In this document: in pieces, positions 11,674-23,338 of the stretch
How positions within the stretch are numbered: the first letter of the stretch is position 1
Layout: each line of letters begins with the position of its first letter
Source of the DNA: Amoebophrya sp. A120
Taxonomy: Eukaryota > Protista > Dinoflagellata
Assembly (NCBI GenBank): GCA_905178155.1
Contig: CAJINV010000008.1
Location: 558,001 to 622,000 of the forward strand
DNA length: 64,000 nt
Direction of reading: 5' to 3'
Program-made: the position numbers and the translations under genes
Notes under the pieces: model-generated
Told to the model about the DNA's origin: nothing
Databases searched by the model: none
The model's input: only the letters and a program-made list of their open reading frames with translations

Positions 11674-13229
11674 TCACTTCTCCGCCAGCTCCGAACGGGC
11701 CCAGAAGACCGCGCCCGCACAGAGCACCGCCAGTCCCTGCGCAAAGAGCGTCATCTTGTGGCCCCAGAGGGGCGGAAATGGCGCCGTGAGGATGCAGAGC
11801 ACGCTGCACAGGTACGCTGTATCAAATGTAAAAATGTCTGGGTCTGGAAGATTCTGAGACTTGTCATGCATGTTTTGCATTGGCCATGATGTCTGTGATG
11901 CATGCCCTAGCATCACAGATTTTTTGAGGGCTTCGCGATGCCTATTCCGCATGACAAATGCCCTCTCCGCGTAGCAAAAATTGCATTCCCTTTGCTGCTC
12001 ATGCAATACAGATTTTTTTGGAATCCAAATTCAGCATCACAAGTTGCATTCTTCCAGACCCAGACATTTTTACATTTGATACGCTGCCATGGCGAACCAC
12101 TTGTGATTCCAGTACACAAAGCTATCAAGTGTAAAAATGTCTGGGTCTGGAAGATTTCTAGATTTGTCATGCATATTTTCCATGACACATGATGTCTGTG
12201 ATGCATGCCGTAGCATCACAGATTTTTAGAGCGCTTCCTCATGCCTATTCCGCATGACAAATGCCATCTCCGCGGAGCACAAAGTCTACTCCTCTTACTG
12301 GTCATGCAATACAAATCTTTTTCGAATCCAGAGACAGCATCACAAGTTTAGATTCTTCCAGACCCAGACATTTTTACAGTTGATAAAAGCTGTAGCAGTA
12401 CCACAGTCTGACCGACACCTTCCCGCTGATCCGTTTTAGCCTGCTCGCACAGGACTCGCCCTCCTCCGGATCGGGCTCACTTTCCGTACTTGCAACGGCA
12501 ACCGCAGGGGTGGCAAGCAGCCCAGTAGTCGCATTTGCAGGGGCCTCCCCAAGTCTCTCAGGCCGGGGTGGAATTTTTCCGAAGGCTCGCCCAAGTCCGC
12601 CGGTGAGCTGGGTAAACACTAGCAGCAACAGGACCAAATACCCGCTAGCCATGTGGACGAGGTTCGGGAAAAGCGGGTCCCAGACACCGTTGTTAAAGCC
12701 AAACTGTGACTTTCCCATCCTCGCGTGGTTGCGCCAGATAAAGCTCACTCCGACGAAAAACAAAGCCATCGCCGTGACTTGCACACCTGAATGAGTGAGA
12801 AGTGAGGATAGAGAAAAAAAATTGACTTCCGCCCCAACAGCAGTTTGCAATCGGGATTTCCTAGTCTTCACGCGAAGCGCCGTCAAAAGAATGCCTACAA
12901 AACTTCGCATATTGTAAAATACTCAAATGGACGTATTTTCTTCTGCCGACAGATGATGCGACTGCGCCGTCAGTGGAGAAATACTGGCGGGGAAAGGCGA
13001 CGAGTATGTAGCCAGCGCTCATGCAAGCGAAGCCAGAAACCATGCAGATGGGGTGCCATACAAACAGGTTGTCGAGGCCCATGTCGGCTGCAAACTTCAA
13101 AAGCACGGTAAGGATGAGCGCAACCGCGGCAGCCCCACTGCAGATGACGGTATATCGTGCCTCGTCCGGCAGGCCCTGCACCGCGTGCTTCATCCTTGCG
13201 GTGACATTCTCGGCAACCGCGGAAACCAT
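11674..13229 (-). CDS. Cytochrome b561 domain protein (4 exons)
   Basis: LFVWHPICM, YVHLSVQ, LVHMASG and reconstructed VYWNHKWF supply the four heme His. One canonical intron (12787-12922) and two TIR introns. Confidence 0.85.
11820..12081. mobile_element. IR introner (TATCAAATGTAAAAATGTCTGGGTCTGGAAG family), TSD CGCTG
   Basis: 31-bp perfect TIR; CGCTG at 11815-11819 and 12082-12086; removal restores MAA|YLCSVL. Confidence 0.95.
12123..12385. mobile_element. IR introner, same family, TSD AAAGC
   Basis: Near-identical TIR and homologous interior to 11820-12081; AAAGC at 12118-12122 and 12386-12390; removal restores CYSF|VYWNH. Confidence 0.95.
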
Positions 13230-13850
13230 TTTTTCAGATTGCCGTCACAAGCGTGATTTCTTGAGCAAGTGAAATCAACTTTACATCGATTTGCAATCTC
13301 GATTGGCGAGCGTAACGTAAACGAATTCAGGTGCAAAACAACTCCAGAAATTGTTCGAAAAGCGTAAATTTCGGGGGGGACGATAACTTTAGCTAATGTC
13401 TCGAACTACTACGAGCCGATTTTTATTCCTGATCTTTATGTTTATCTTCGTTTTCGAATCGGAAAATTTTATGCGTGTTGACGAAATCTACATAATTAAT
13501 CGACAGTGTGGTCGCTCGCTGTCGCTCTTGCGCTTATCTTGTCAATTCTCCTCGTTCAATCTTCACAGCAACGAGCAATAGAAAAAGAACAACTCGATCA
13601 TCTTCAAACATTGCCAAATCTCGTGACTAACGTCCAGAGCAGAATTGAAGCCTCCTGACTTTGATATCTTTTCAGAGGAAATTAAAGAAAAAAGCTAACT
13701 TCACCGACAAGATTTTTCTTGGAAAAAAACATGCAGGCATGTTTGCCATGCGTGTGCAAGTACTTATTCGGCCTGTATGACTGGATTCGTACCTTTCCTG
13801 AGAGATCAAGCAAAGGCAAACTAGATGCCGAAGCCCATTTTTACATTAAG

Positions 13851-15359
13851 TTACATTAAACCACAGCACGGCCCAGCTCTTCCGTTCGCACGGACCGCAA
13901 TATTGTGTGCGTCCTGTCGCGCTTTGCGTTCCGCCACAACTTGTTCGAGCCGCTGTTCGAAATTCTGCTTGAGTGCCTCGTAAGTGCTTGCGTTTTTTGC
14001 TTGCCACTCGAGACAGCAGGCGGGCGTCTTCGAAGGTGAGGGGTAGTAGATTGCGAGCATGGCCTTCTGCACGTCGTCATCTTGCAATACAGCTTGCCTC
14101 GCAACGCCGTCTTGTGCCTGTTCCGCGGCTACGTCCAGGACGTTCTCGATCACGTTCTCCTTCAGCCAGCCACACTCTCTCGTTCTCGAACAGCTGTCCG
14201 CGCGACCGTCCGCGGATTCTGCCAGCTCGATCAAATTCCAGTGATTTTCGGCCCAGCCGTCATCGATCCGTCGCACCGCATGTAAAATGAACTCCTTGCT
14301 CAGCTGCAGCGCATCGGCCGCGAACGCGAAGGGCTCTGCTGACGGATCCGAACTCACCGCGACCTTGCACAGCTCGAAGTCGGCTCGCGGGCCGTCGCGC
14401 GCAAACTCCAAAAAATTCCCGCTCTTCTCGTCCGGCACAGCGGCCGCGGGGTCGTTCGGATCTACGGCCGTCATCTGCAGCAGCTTTCGCAGGGACTCCT
14501 TGTCACTCTTCAACTCGCTCGAGCAAAACGCGAGAGCGTCGCAGGCCCCGAACTTCTTGAAGTAGGCAGCGCACTCCTGGAGCGCGCCTTCCGACTGTTC
14601 TGGCGGCTTTTCGAGCAATTCCAGCCGGTCCTCAACCCACTGCGTCGGAACATCTTTTTTGGCCTCCGCCAGGGCGCGCAGCTTGCTGCGGATCGCGTCA
14701 ATCCGCAGGCACTCGTCGGGCATCGCATGCACAAGGCGGGCAATTTCCCGCTTGTTGGAAACCTGGTCGACTTCATTGGAGAGCAACTGGTCCAAGGCGA
14801 GCACCGCAAACTTGACGTCCTGGTCCCCCTCCCGGTCCGCCTCCGGGTCAAAGTTTTTTAATTCGGCAGCGTCCCCGATCCCAGGTGGTCGCTTCAGCTC
14901 CTCGGGAAGAAACTTCCAGTACACCTGGCTGCTTTTCTGAATGCATTCCGCCATGAACTCGCGGTCCAGAAACCGCTCCGGGGGGGTGACCTCCAGCACG
15001 GTCAGAAGACCCTCCCGCTCGATCTCCGCCCGGGCGAATGCCGCCTCCTTCTCCAGGCGTTCCTGGTACGCTTTGGACAGCATCAAGTCCGCTTTCTCCT
15101 GCTCCTTCCTCCGCTCCGCGCTCCGCTCCGCCGCGAGCGCAGCCAGCCAGGCCTGCTCCTGCTCCTCCGGGTCGGGAACCTCCTCCCTCCGGCGCCGCCG
15201 CCGCATCCGACGACGGTACGCCAGGCTGGCGTGGTAGGGCGGACGGACGACGCGGCCCCTCAGCACCATATTAAGTACGGCACGGAGCAGAGAGCAACCG
15301 GTAAAAGCAAATAGAGAAACGCAAAAACCTACCTCTACAAGTGCCTGTGCTTCTGACAA
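13851..15359 (-). CDS. DUF4116-like repeat protein
   Basis: 502-aa ORF with repeats ALAFCSSELKSDKE, ADFELCKVAVSSDP..FAFAADALQLSKEFILHAV and DREFMAECIQ..KFLPEELK. Start uncertain. Confidence 0.6.
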   Translation of the reverse strand: MSEAQALVEVGFCVSLFAFTGCSLLRAVLNMVLRGRVVRPPYHASLAYRRRMRRRRRREEVPDPEEQEQAWLAALAAERSAERRKEQEKADLMLSKAYQERLEKEAAFARAEIEREGLLTVLEVTPPERFLDREFMAECIQKSSQVYWKFLPEELKRPPGIGDAAELKNFDPEADREGDQDVKFAVLALDQLLSNEVDQVSNKREIARLVHAMPDECLRIDAIRSKLRALAEAKKDVPTQWVEDRLELLEKPPEQSEGALQECAAYFKKFGACDALAFCSSELKSDKESLRKLLQMTAVDPNDPAAAVPDEKSGNFLEFARDGPRADFELCKVAVSSDPSAEPFAFAADALQLSKEFILHAVRRIDDGWAENHWNLIELAESADGRADSCSRTRECGWLKENVIENVLDVAAEQAQDGVARQAVLQDDDVQKAMLAIYYPSPSKTPACCLEWQAKNASTYEALKQNFEQRLEQVVAERKARQDAHNIAVRANGRAGPCCGLM

Positions 15360-15916
15360 TGCGCGCGCTGAGATCGTGTCTCTGCTTCAATTTCAAATGA
15401 AGACCAACATAGATACACCAATGCGATTGGGATGTTTTGTAGATGCGACCGATCGTTACGCTCTCTCTTAATTACTGCCCCGGTCGCCTGTTTGACGGAA
15501 CTCGAACTGCACCGTGGCCGTGCACTTCCTCTCATCAAATTGTCAATCACGTTCGTTCGTGTCACTCTGAGGTTTTCTTCGTTTGATTGACGGTTTTCCG
15601 CTACGCCGTCATCTGGTCAGGCTCACAACCGGACGAACATTAAACCAAGCATCCAGCACGTGTTTGGCCGACGTCGCTTTAACCTCGCATCTATCATGAT
15701 CAATGCTGTGTTTTATTCCGCAAAAGCAAAGCAAACCTGTTTGCAAGGTGCGGGCTAAAAACACCTTTTCTATATTGATTTTTCTTCTTGAGCGTTTATT
15801 CCATGTAGCATGAATGAATGTGCAAAAACGGCAGACAAGCAAAAGGGACATTTTGAGGAACGCAGCCTGCAGAAAAAATGCGAGTCGGTGTACAGCTCGG
15901 ACCGCCACTCGTTATT

Positions 15917-18372
15917 TCAGGTCGCTACGATTTCCGCGATGCTTTCCTGGAATTTCCTGATGTGCGAGCGCAGCCGCTTGTTCTCCTTCTTGATCATATC
16001 CAGGTCTTTGAGGACCACGGAGGTTTGCGTCCCGAACATCTTTTTGTCCGCTTCCACGTCCTTGAGCTCGAATTCCATCTGTTCCAGCTGTTCCACGAAC
16101 TGTTCTTCCTCCGCGCCAATCATGCCCTCTATCCTGAGTAAAAATGTCCCCACACCAGAGTCAAGATGGGGATTTTGCAGCACAAACCTAGGAGTTTTGG
16201 GAGTCACGCATGACAAGTTTCAGTCCGTAAGGTAGTGCAAGTTAGCAAGGAAAGCCGCATCACAAATCGATCTGCTGATCCTGTTTACAGCATTACAAGT
16301 TCCCAAACACGATCGAAAATGCCTGTCATGGGGTTGCGCATTACAAATGTTCCTGTCATGGCAAATCTGCATGACAACTCTGGGGTGGGTACGTTTTTAC
16401 TCAGGATACCCTCCAGAATGTACTTCTTGTCCTGCAACTGAATTTCTTCCCGCTTCTTCTCCTCGAGCCGCTTGCGGCACACAAGCATGTCTTTCGAGAT
16501 CTCGAAAATGCCGCCTTCGAGGTCTGTCATGTGAGGAACATGCTGGCGCGCAATTCTCGAAATAAATAGACATCGCGATCGGTTGGCGTTCGTCTTTCCA
16601 ACATATCATCGATGCTTGACATTGAGAAAGTCGAAAAATTCATTTTCATTCTGGTACAATTGTCAGATAAAAGTTTTAGGTTGGTGCTGCTTGATGCTCC
16701 ACCTCTAAGATTGATACCTTTGATCTTCTGAACATGTTCCTTTTCACGGGCGGTGAATGCGGTACTGTCGCGCTCGATGTTTTCCAGTGCACGCTTCTCG
16801 TCCCGGTCGAACTTGGCTCGGTCCACCTCCAAGCTGTCTAGGTACTCGGCGAGGAATTCGTAAAACGTTGCGTCGTCGAGCCGCTCCTGCTCTCGCTTTT
16901 TCTGGTCCACGAGCACAAAAATGGTTTCTTTCGGGAGCAAGTCTGCAGCGGATATACCCACCTTCACGTCCCCGATGGACCGCTTTTGTTTCTCCTTCGC
17001 CTTGCCACCACCGCCCTCCTCGTCGAGGTCTTCTTCTTCCATTTTATGCAAAGGCAATCAATCTCAATGCCCAGTCAGAATCGTGGGCTTCGCCGTCTCC
17101 CTCGAGGTGCGGTTCTTCGCATCTAGTACTAACACAAAACAAATTACACATGCACAACTAGTACTTCGTACCGTGCTACACATGATCCAACGTACACACA
17201 TTTCTGACAGACATTGAAGCGCTGTTTGCCAGTGTATTCTTCTTCCTCCTCCTCTTCCTCTTCTTCGCGCTCGTCCAGGTCCCCAGGCGATTCATCGTCC
17301 TCCCTGGAATTTTCGTTTGCTCGGTCACAAGTCTGTCACACCGATCCAGCGCAGCCAAGCCTTGTGCTTGTTCTGGCGCTCGACCGGAAAAATAAGTAAA
17401 TGTCAACCGAGAAAGGAAATAAGGCTGCCACAGCTGCTATTTTATCAGAATACTTTTTTTCAGCTTCCGGAGGCGGTTCGTTCTCCATTTTGTATGCGAC
17501 AGCTGCGCGATTTCTGCGGCAGCGTTCATTGATCTTCTCGAGCATTAGCTCCCCGCAGTTACAGCCGGCCAGCTTCATCACGTATATCGAGCCATTTTCG
17601 GCGAAGGCTTCTAGGATGTGTCTTGCCCCCTCCTCACCCAGTTCTGGATTGTTGGACAGGTTTAGGTGCGTGACCCCGACATTCTCGCGCATGAAATCTG
17701 CGATAGCCCGGCCGCACTCCGCGTTCAGGTGGTTCTGCTGCAGCTCCAGCCGCCAGATTGACACGTTGTCCGCCAACTTGTGCAGAAACTCCTTGTAGTT
17801 CTTCCTCCCCAGGTCGTTGTGCGTAAAGTTTAGGCACGAGATACTTCGGTTCCCACTCAGACCCTTAGTTTCAGTGTTCATGTTCTTTTTTTGAAGTTGT
17901 GCAAGTACCGATGATCGATTCTTGCCTGCTGTTATTTTTTTACACTTGCTCAAGTGGTTGCCTAGCTCCGCATAGGGCTGACGTTCGGCAGGCACACATT
18001 CACATGAGTACATGTACACACACTAGTATTGCACTGAAATTACGACGCTTCACGATGCAACATAAATCGCGATAAAAACGCTGCGTGAAGATGTTGAACA
18101 TGGTCGCTTCGACTTACCTTTGCCAGCTTGCCCAACGCTTCGCCGTCGATTCCCATCCCGCGCAAATCGAGGGACTCGAGAAAAAGGTGGTCCCGAATCC
18201 AGTTCGCAAAAGTATCCGGTTCCTGTTCGAGGTTCTGGCCCTCGAGGCCGCCAAACGAAAAACTGACGTGCGCCGCATACGACTGCCCAGACAACCAATC
18301 CTCAAACTCGGTGGTCTGCCGCTTGTTCACTTTTGCCTGGGAAGGCGACGAGGGAGTGCTTGGGGTCAACAT
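15917..18372 (-). CDS. Leucine-rich repeat (RNI-like) plus C-terminal coiled-coil protein; possibly two genes
   Basis: LESLDLRGMGI, VTHLNLSNN, LELQQNHL. Canonical introns 17864-18117 and 16524-16717, TIR intron at 16130-16408. Junctions around 17040-17460 unresolved. Confidence 0.65.
16130..16408. mobile_element. IR introner (TATCCTGAGTAAAAA family), TSD CCCTC
   Basis: ~32-bp imperfect TIR; CCCTC at 16125-16129 and 16409-16413; removal gives KKYILEG|MIGAEEE. Confidence 0.93.
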
Positions 18373-18794
18373 CTATTTCAGACTCGTAGGCATGTGCGAC
18401 ATGAAGATGAGGTAGAGGTACATAATCAACCAATAAAAGGCATCAAGAACTCATGAAGTGTCCAAGTAAAAGACCGCCGAAATAAAGCCCTTCAAGCTCA
18501 TCAACAGCACTTCGGCCAGAGTAGGTGCCGCAACCCAATGAATACTCACCGAATTATCAGGTCGTGCAGAAAAGTAGCATCGATTCCAGTTCCATCTGCA
18601 AGCAGAGCAAAGTACTTAGAAAGCAAGCGACAAGTAAAGAAGCAGTGGAAGATCACGACAAAGACACCTTTACGATAGGACCACGAAAAAAGCCGCAACG
18701 AAGCACACCATTTGCTACACGGATTCCAATGCGTCGACACCTTTGGCACACAGACTCAGATTATAATGCCTCGACACTTTGTAGTCGCAGAAAA

Positions 18795-20617
18795 TCACAT
18801 GACGCCAAAATTTTTTTTGATAACGCTGTTGAGTTCTTTAAAATCCAAGCCGAGTCCAAAATATTCTCCGGTTTCAAGCACAAAGAGCTTCACGCTCCGC
18901 ACGAGTGGATCGAATAGCCCGCCTAAGGGGACAACGGCATCACTGCTCCGATCATAGTACGAAAAGACATAGTCAAAGCCTGCCACTTGTGCCAGTGCGG
19001 CGCGCTGAGAGTCCAGCTGTCCGTCAAACGAGAAGTAGAAGTATCCTTGATCAAGAGCCGTGCCGGTTTCCGAAATCTGGTTCGAGCCTGCTTGTATTGG
19101 TATTAAATCAGCGGTCTGCGAGTGCGACGCAACTGACAGGACTCCGCTTACGTCAGTCGGTTCTGCTGCTATTCCGTTAAAATCCAAGTTGAGCAGAAAC
19201 CCTGTGAGCTGGCGATACACAAAGAACGTGACGGGGCGCGTAGGTAGCACCTGGTCAAACTATTACAGTGAAAAGTCCCCCCCACCCTTGAAATTGCAAA
19301 AATTTATTGTGATGCGAAGTTTCCAAATGAAAACTTTTTGTCATGCATGAAAGAAGTATGAATCTTTCTGCTGGAGAGTCTAGGCGTGTATCGCATCGCT
19401 TGCATGACAAGCGCCGCTCTTGCTGGGGTCTTTTGCAATACAAATTTTTGCTATTCACGATTGGCAACCTGTGATGCTGATAGCTGCAAGACGAGGGCGA
19501 ATGTTTCATTTGGAAAGGTTTGCAATACAAATGCTCCCAAGTTCGGGGGTGGGGGCATTTTTCAACTTGATACAAACCGGTAATGAAGGAGCGAAGCCTG
19601 CTGCTTCTCCACCTCAGAAAAATCCACCGCGCACAGAATCGCTTCCCATCCCTGCACCCATTTCTCCATGCCGTTGTAGTAGCCATTTTCCAGCTCGAGC
19701 GCGTACCGCGAATTGCGAAGGACCCCGGCTGCCGCCGCACGTTGCGGCTGTGCTTGTCTCGCATTTTCTGCGAGATGACCATCATTCCAATTCTCAACAT
19801 CATCGTAGAAAAACCCGAAGCCAGAGCAATCCTTTAAGAGTTTCTTCTCCAGAAAAAAGTCCACAGCCTCGCGCACACCCGGGTCGAAGCGCTCGGGCTC
19901 ACTGCCACGGCTTTTCGTATTTCCATAGTCCGGAAAGAGAATCTGTGTTCCCGGTCCGACGATCTTCGCCCCCCCTGTAGCCTCTGCCGTCACAGCACTC
20001 CGTGCAGTTGATTCCCCGTTTTCATCTTCCCTCACCTCAAGCAACAACAGGTTCAGAACGTCTGAAACAACCCGATCTCGAAGGTGGCTGGCATGCACAA
20101 GAATAAAGTCGTACGGCCCGTTTTTCCGGATCAGCGGCCAGCCGTAGGAGCTGCTCGAATACAGGTCAGCGTCGACAAAAAACGCGTTTGGCTGGTCTCG
20201 GATGGCCGCTTGGCAAGCGTCCACGTTTCGGTTGTCGACAAGGACGGACTTGGTGCGCACTGTCGGAACCACTCTACGACTAGCTTCTCCCGCGCCACAG
20301 CCGAGCTCGAGGTACGAGGCAAACCGGTTCTCCAGCGCAAATTCGCCTAATTGCCGATAGAACTCCGCGGTAAACGTTTCTCCGTGTGGATTGAATGCGG
20401 TGACTTCATCACGTTTCCCCCTTTGCTCGCTACTAGTGCCGGTCTTTGCGCTATACCACGCTGTGAGGTTCGCCTTCGCAATATCACGATTCTCCTGCTG
20501 TCCGGACGCAAGCAGAACCGAAGCGGGTAAGAGCGTGGCCAGCACGAGCACCCGCAGCACAGCGGCGCACGACAAGGAGCTACAGTCGTCTGCACCAAAA
20601 CACAAGTTCTGCCGCAT
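18795..20617 (-). CDS. Secreted/luminal class I SAM-dependent methyltransferase (Methyltransf_24-like)
   Basis: Signal peptide; YLELGCGAG, GPYDFILVHASH, ILFPDYG..PGVREAV. Continues through the TIR intron into 18795-19250. 3' end uncertain. Confidence 0.7.
19261..19572. mobile_element. IR introner with eroded TIR, TSD CAAAC
   Basis: TATTACAGTGAAAAGTCCCCC vs reverse complement TATCAAGTTGAAAAATGCCCCC; CAAAC at 19256-19260 and 19573-19577; removal gives HYRF|DQVLPTRP. Confidence 0.88.
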
Positions 20618-21337
20618 CCTGGTTGTATTCCCGAACGCAAACTGGAGTTAAAGTTCTTCAAAAGATGTAAGAAGCGTGTAAACGAACACAAAGCTAAAAT
20701 AAGCTCAAACAAAAACCTTTTTTAAAACCGGCGCAGAAAAGCATACGAGCCAGCAGGCCGAACATAGAAGTACCGTATCGAAAACGAAACCAGAAGATCA
20801 CGATCAGTCGTTGTGTTGTCATTATAGCACAGTAAATTACAAGCACCCCCCGCCGGGCGGCACAATAGTGCCCAGCCTTTCTATTTTTTGAATACTCCAC
20901 TTGAACACAGATTATAATACAAACATCGACGATCGCACGATGGTCAGTCGTGGGCACGCCGACTTTGCTGCGGCAGTAGTGAAAAATATACCTTTCCTTT
21001 AGAATATTGCTCCCTCACAGGGTGACGTGCACTTGCTGAAGTATTGAAATCATCTCAAGTGTGGTCACGAATCTGGCTACTGTGGGCCAGAAGTCAGAAT
21101 CACATTTTTCACATCGCAAACGCAAAAACAAAATAGAGAAGTTCGCTCAAAAATAAAATTCAAACGCTTTTCACTTCACTTCGAGGGGTGGTGGTTGGCG
21201 GTGGCCTCTTCGCATGTGGCTCACTAGACCGGGGCAGGGAACGACGCAACGCTATGCACCACGGGCACGCGACTACCAAATGCCAGTGTGGACGCCAATC
21301 CGGGCAGGAGCACATGCCCATTAAGCTACCTATTTGT

Positions 21338-23025
21338 TCACGATCCTGTTCCACTACCGGCCTCCGATCCGCGTAAAACATCAACCATGTCAAAGATGCG
21401 CTTCTCTGGCTTCTCTTCAATTTTCGCCAATAGCCACTCCGCAGCGTCCACCGCGCCTTCACCTGCGGATTCAAAGAAAAAGGCATAAAGTAGATTGATG
21501 ATATCGTCTGACATTATCGCATCGTGGATCCCGTGACAGCGATGAAGTGTGCAAAAAGCAATATACAGTAGCTTTGACGTCCGCAAACGTTGTGCTTGAA
21601 TTCGAAGACGACGTCTGCCACCTTGTCGCAGGCAATGCTCTTCTTTGTCAGCTGGTAGGTATGGAACGCGTGGCCACACAATGCGCTGTTTGGAATTGAA
21701 ATGTTGAAATGTACTTAAGTAGAGACAAGAACCAACTCTAATATGGCGATAATGCTACTGCGTAGAACAACACTTCTCTACATCAGTGGCAGAGCATGAT
21801 CCAACCAGAATAAAAAACGACTGGCGGTCAAAAGCTTCTAAACGTCGCAGCAGCACCTTTCTGGCACTTGCATTTCCTCCCGGGCACGCTGATCATCTCG
21901 AATTTTTTCGATGTTCTCGACGTCCGCACCCAGTATCTGCGCATGCGTTTTCTCTTTTTCGGATTCTTTGTGACTTTGATCGCCGGAAATGAGTCGTCTG
22001 AGATCTCGAACTACCTCTTTCGCGGTCCCAGACGTGTCCTTTTTCGTCTTCTGATGCGATTCTCGCACAGACAGCTCGTACCCCGCAAAGCAGCCGGGAA
22101 ACTCCTGGGCTGCGCGTGACAACATGGCTTGAAAGGCGACTATCTGCTTATTCATGTTCGGTGCGATGACCGCATATTGGTCTCTGAGGAGCAAGGACGT
22201 CCTCAGCTCCTCCAAAAAGGCCTCCCTCGCAGTCATTTTTCCTGTAGACGACGGTCCCAGTACAGTACCCGGCGCGTCGTCGAACCCCGTCGTGCCAAGC
22301 ACGAAGGAAGCCAGATGGTTCGCGTACAGCTTCGCATTTGCGCGCACCGCGGTCGGTGCCGTGAAGTCGATCACGACGAGTCTTTTGCCTTCCCGGCTAG
22401 CTGACATCTTCGCTCTCGCCATACCGGACTCGTGCTGGTCCGCAGCGTAAAGCTCGACCTGGAGTTTGGCACTGCCCGTCCGCTCGTCTATCACACTGAA
22501 ACTAGTCTCCTTCTTTCGAGAGCCGGTCAGGGAGGTCGGGGCCACAGCATACCCCCGGTCCAACGCAACCCGCGCAACGCCTGCGGCCATTTGCCCCGGA
22601 AGTCCGTTGATCATCAGCATCATCCTGTCCTGGGGTGCTCTGCTCGGGGAGTGCTTCCTGGTATGTTCCCCGGTGTGCTGTCTACGCTCAGCTTGCACGA
22701 CCGCAGTGTCAAGAACATGCTCCGAATCGCGTGCAGGTAATATTGTGTGTTCTGCGTCGACGGCCGCACAGCAGGCGGGTTCAGCGCGGGCTTCGGGCAA
22801 TCGGCTGGCACTCGACGTCGACGACGCGGCGGCGCTTTCGCCTTCCCCAGAAACCGACCCCGAAGCATCCTCGGGTTCGGCACGAACCATGGCGTTCCGT
22901 CTTGAATCAGGAGCGGGAGAATCCGCACGAAGAAGCAACCTCCGAACAGCAACTGCCTCCGAACAAGACAAGAGGATTAAGGCGCCTGAGATACGGCATC
23001 GCATTTTTATCATTAAGGATGCCAA
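21338..23025 (-). CDS. dapB: 4-hydroxy-tetrahydrodipicolinate reductase, plant type (3 exons)
   Basis: INGLPGQMA, VIDFTAP, FVLGTTG, VIAPNMNKQIVAFQAM, ESHQKTKKDTSGTAK, GHAFHTY, FEFKHNVCGR, EGAVDA..IFDMVDVL. Canonical introns 21686-21856 and 21463-21566. Confidence 0.92.
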
Positions 23026-23338
23026 AGTGAAAACAGGCTGACTGCGACGACAGGGTTCTTGTAGCTCTGGGAAGCGTGAAACACGAACCTTTCTGTTCCT
23101 TCGACGAGATGGATCGTAAAGAACCTAGCGCAAAAATAAAGTAGTTGTACTTACCCTAGCTGCCTTGGAATTCGAATCACGTCGTGGTCGCACTTCAAAT
23201 TAAATTGTTGAACTTCAGGCAGACCATCTTCGTCTTCGCGAAAAGCGAGCTTCCGGGACGGAACAGCGAACACTTCTCGACGCGCTTCAAAAAAGGCATA
23301 TGGACCTCTTTCATCGCAAAAAAAAACGCTGCCCGCTT

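Noticed and set aside
16604-16716. TATCA...TGATA pair as another introner
   Set aside because: No 5-bp duplication and the wrong frame; a canonical intron 16524-16717 explains the junction.
17040-17046. Stop codon 1 nt before an AAAATG start, suggesting operon-like coupling
   Set aside because: The upstream frame assignment is unresolved; an unrecognised intron within a single LRR/coiled-coil gene is as likely.
1014-18030. Recurring ACTAGTA in AT-rich introns as a possible branch-point variant
   Set aside because: Too few instances and inconsistent distance to the acceptor.
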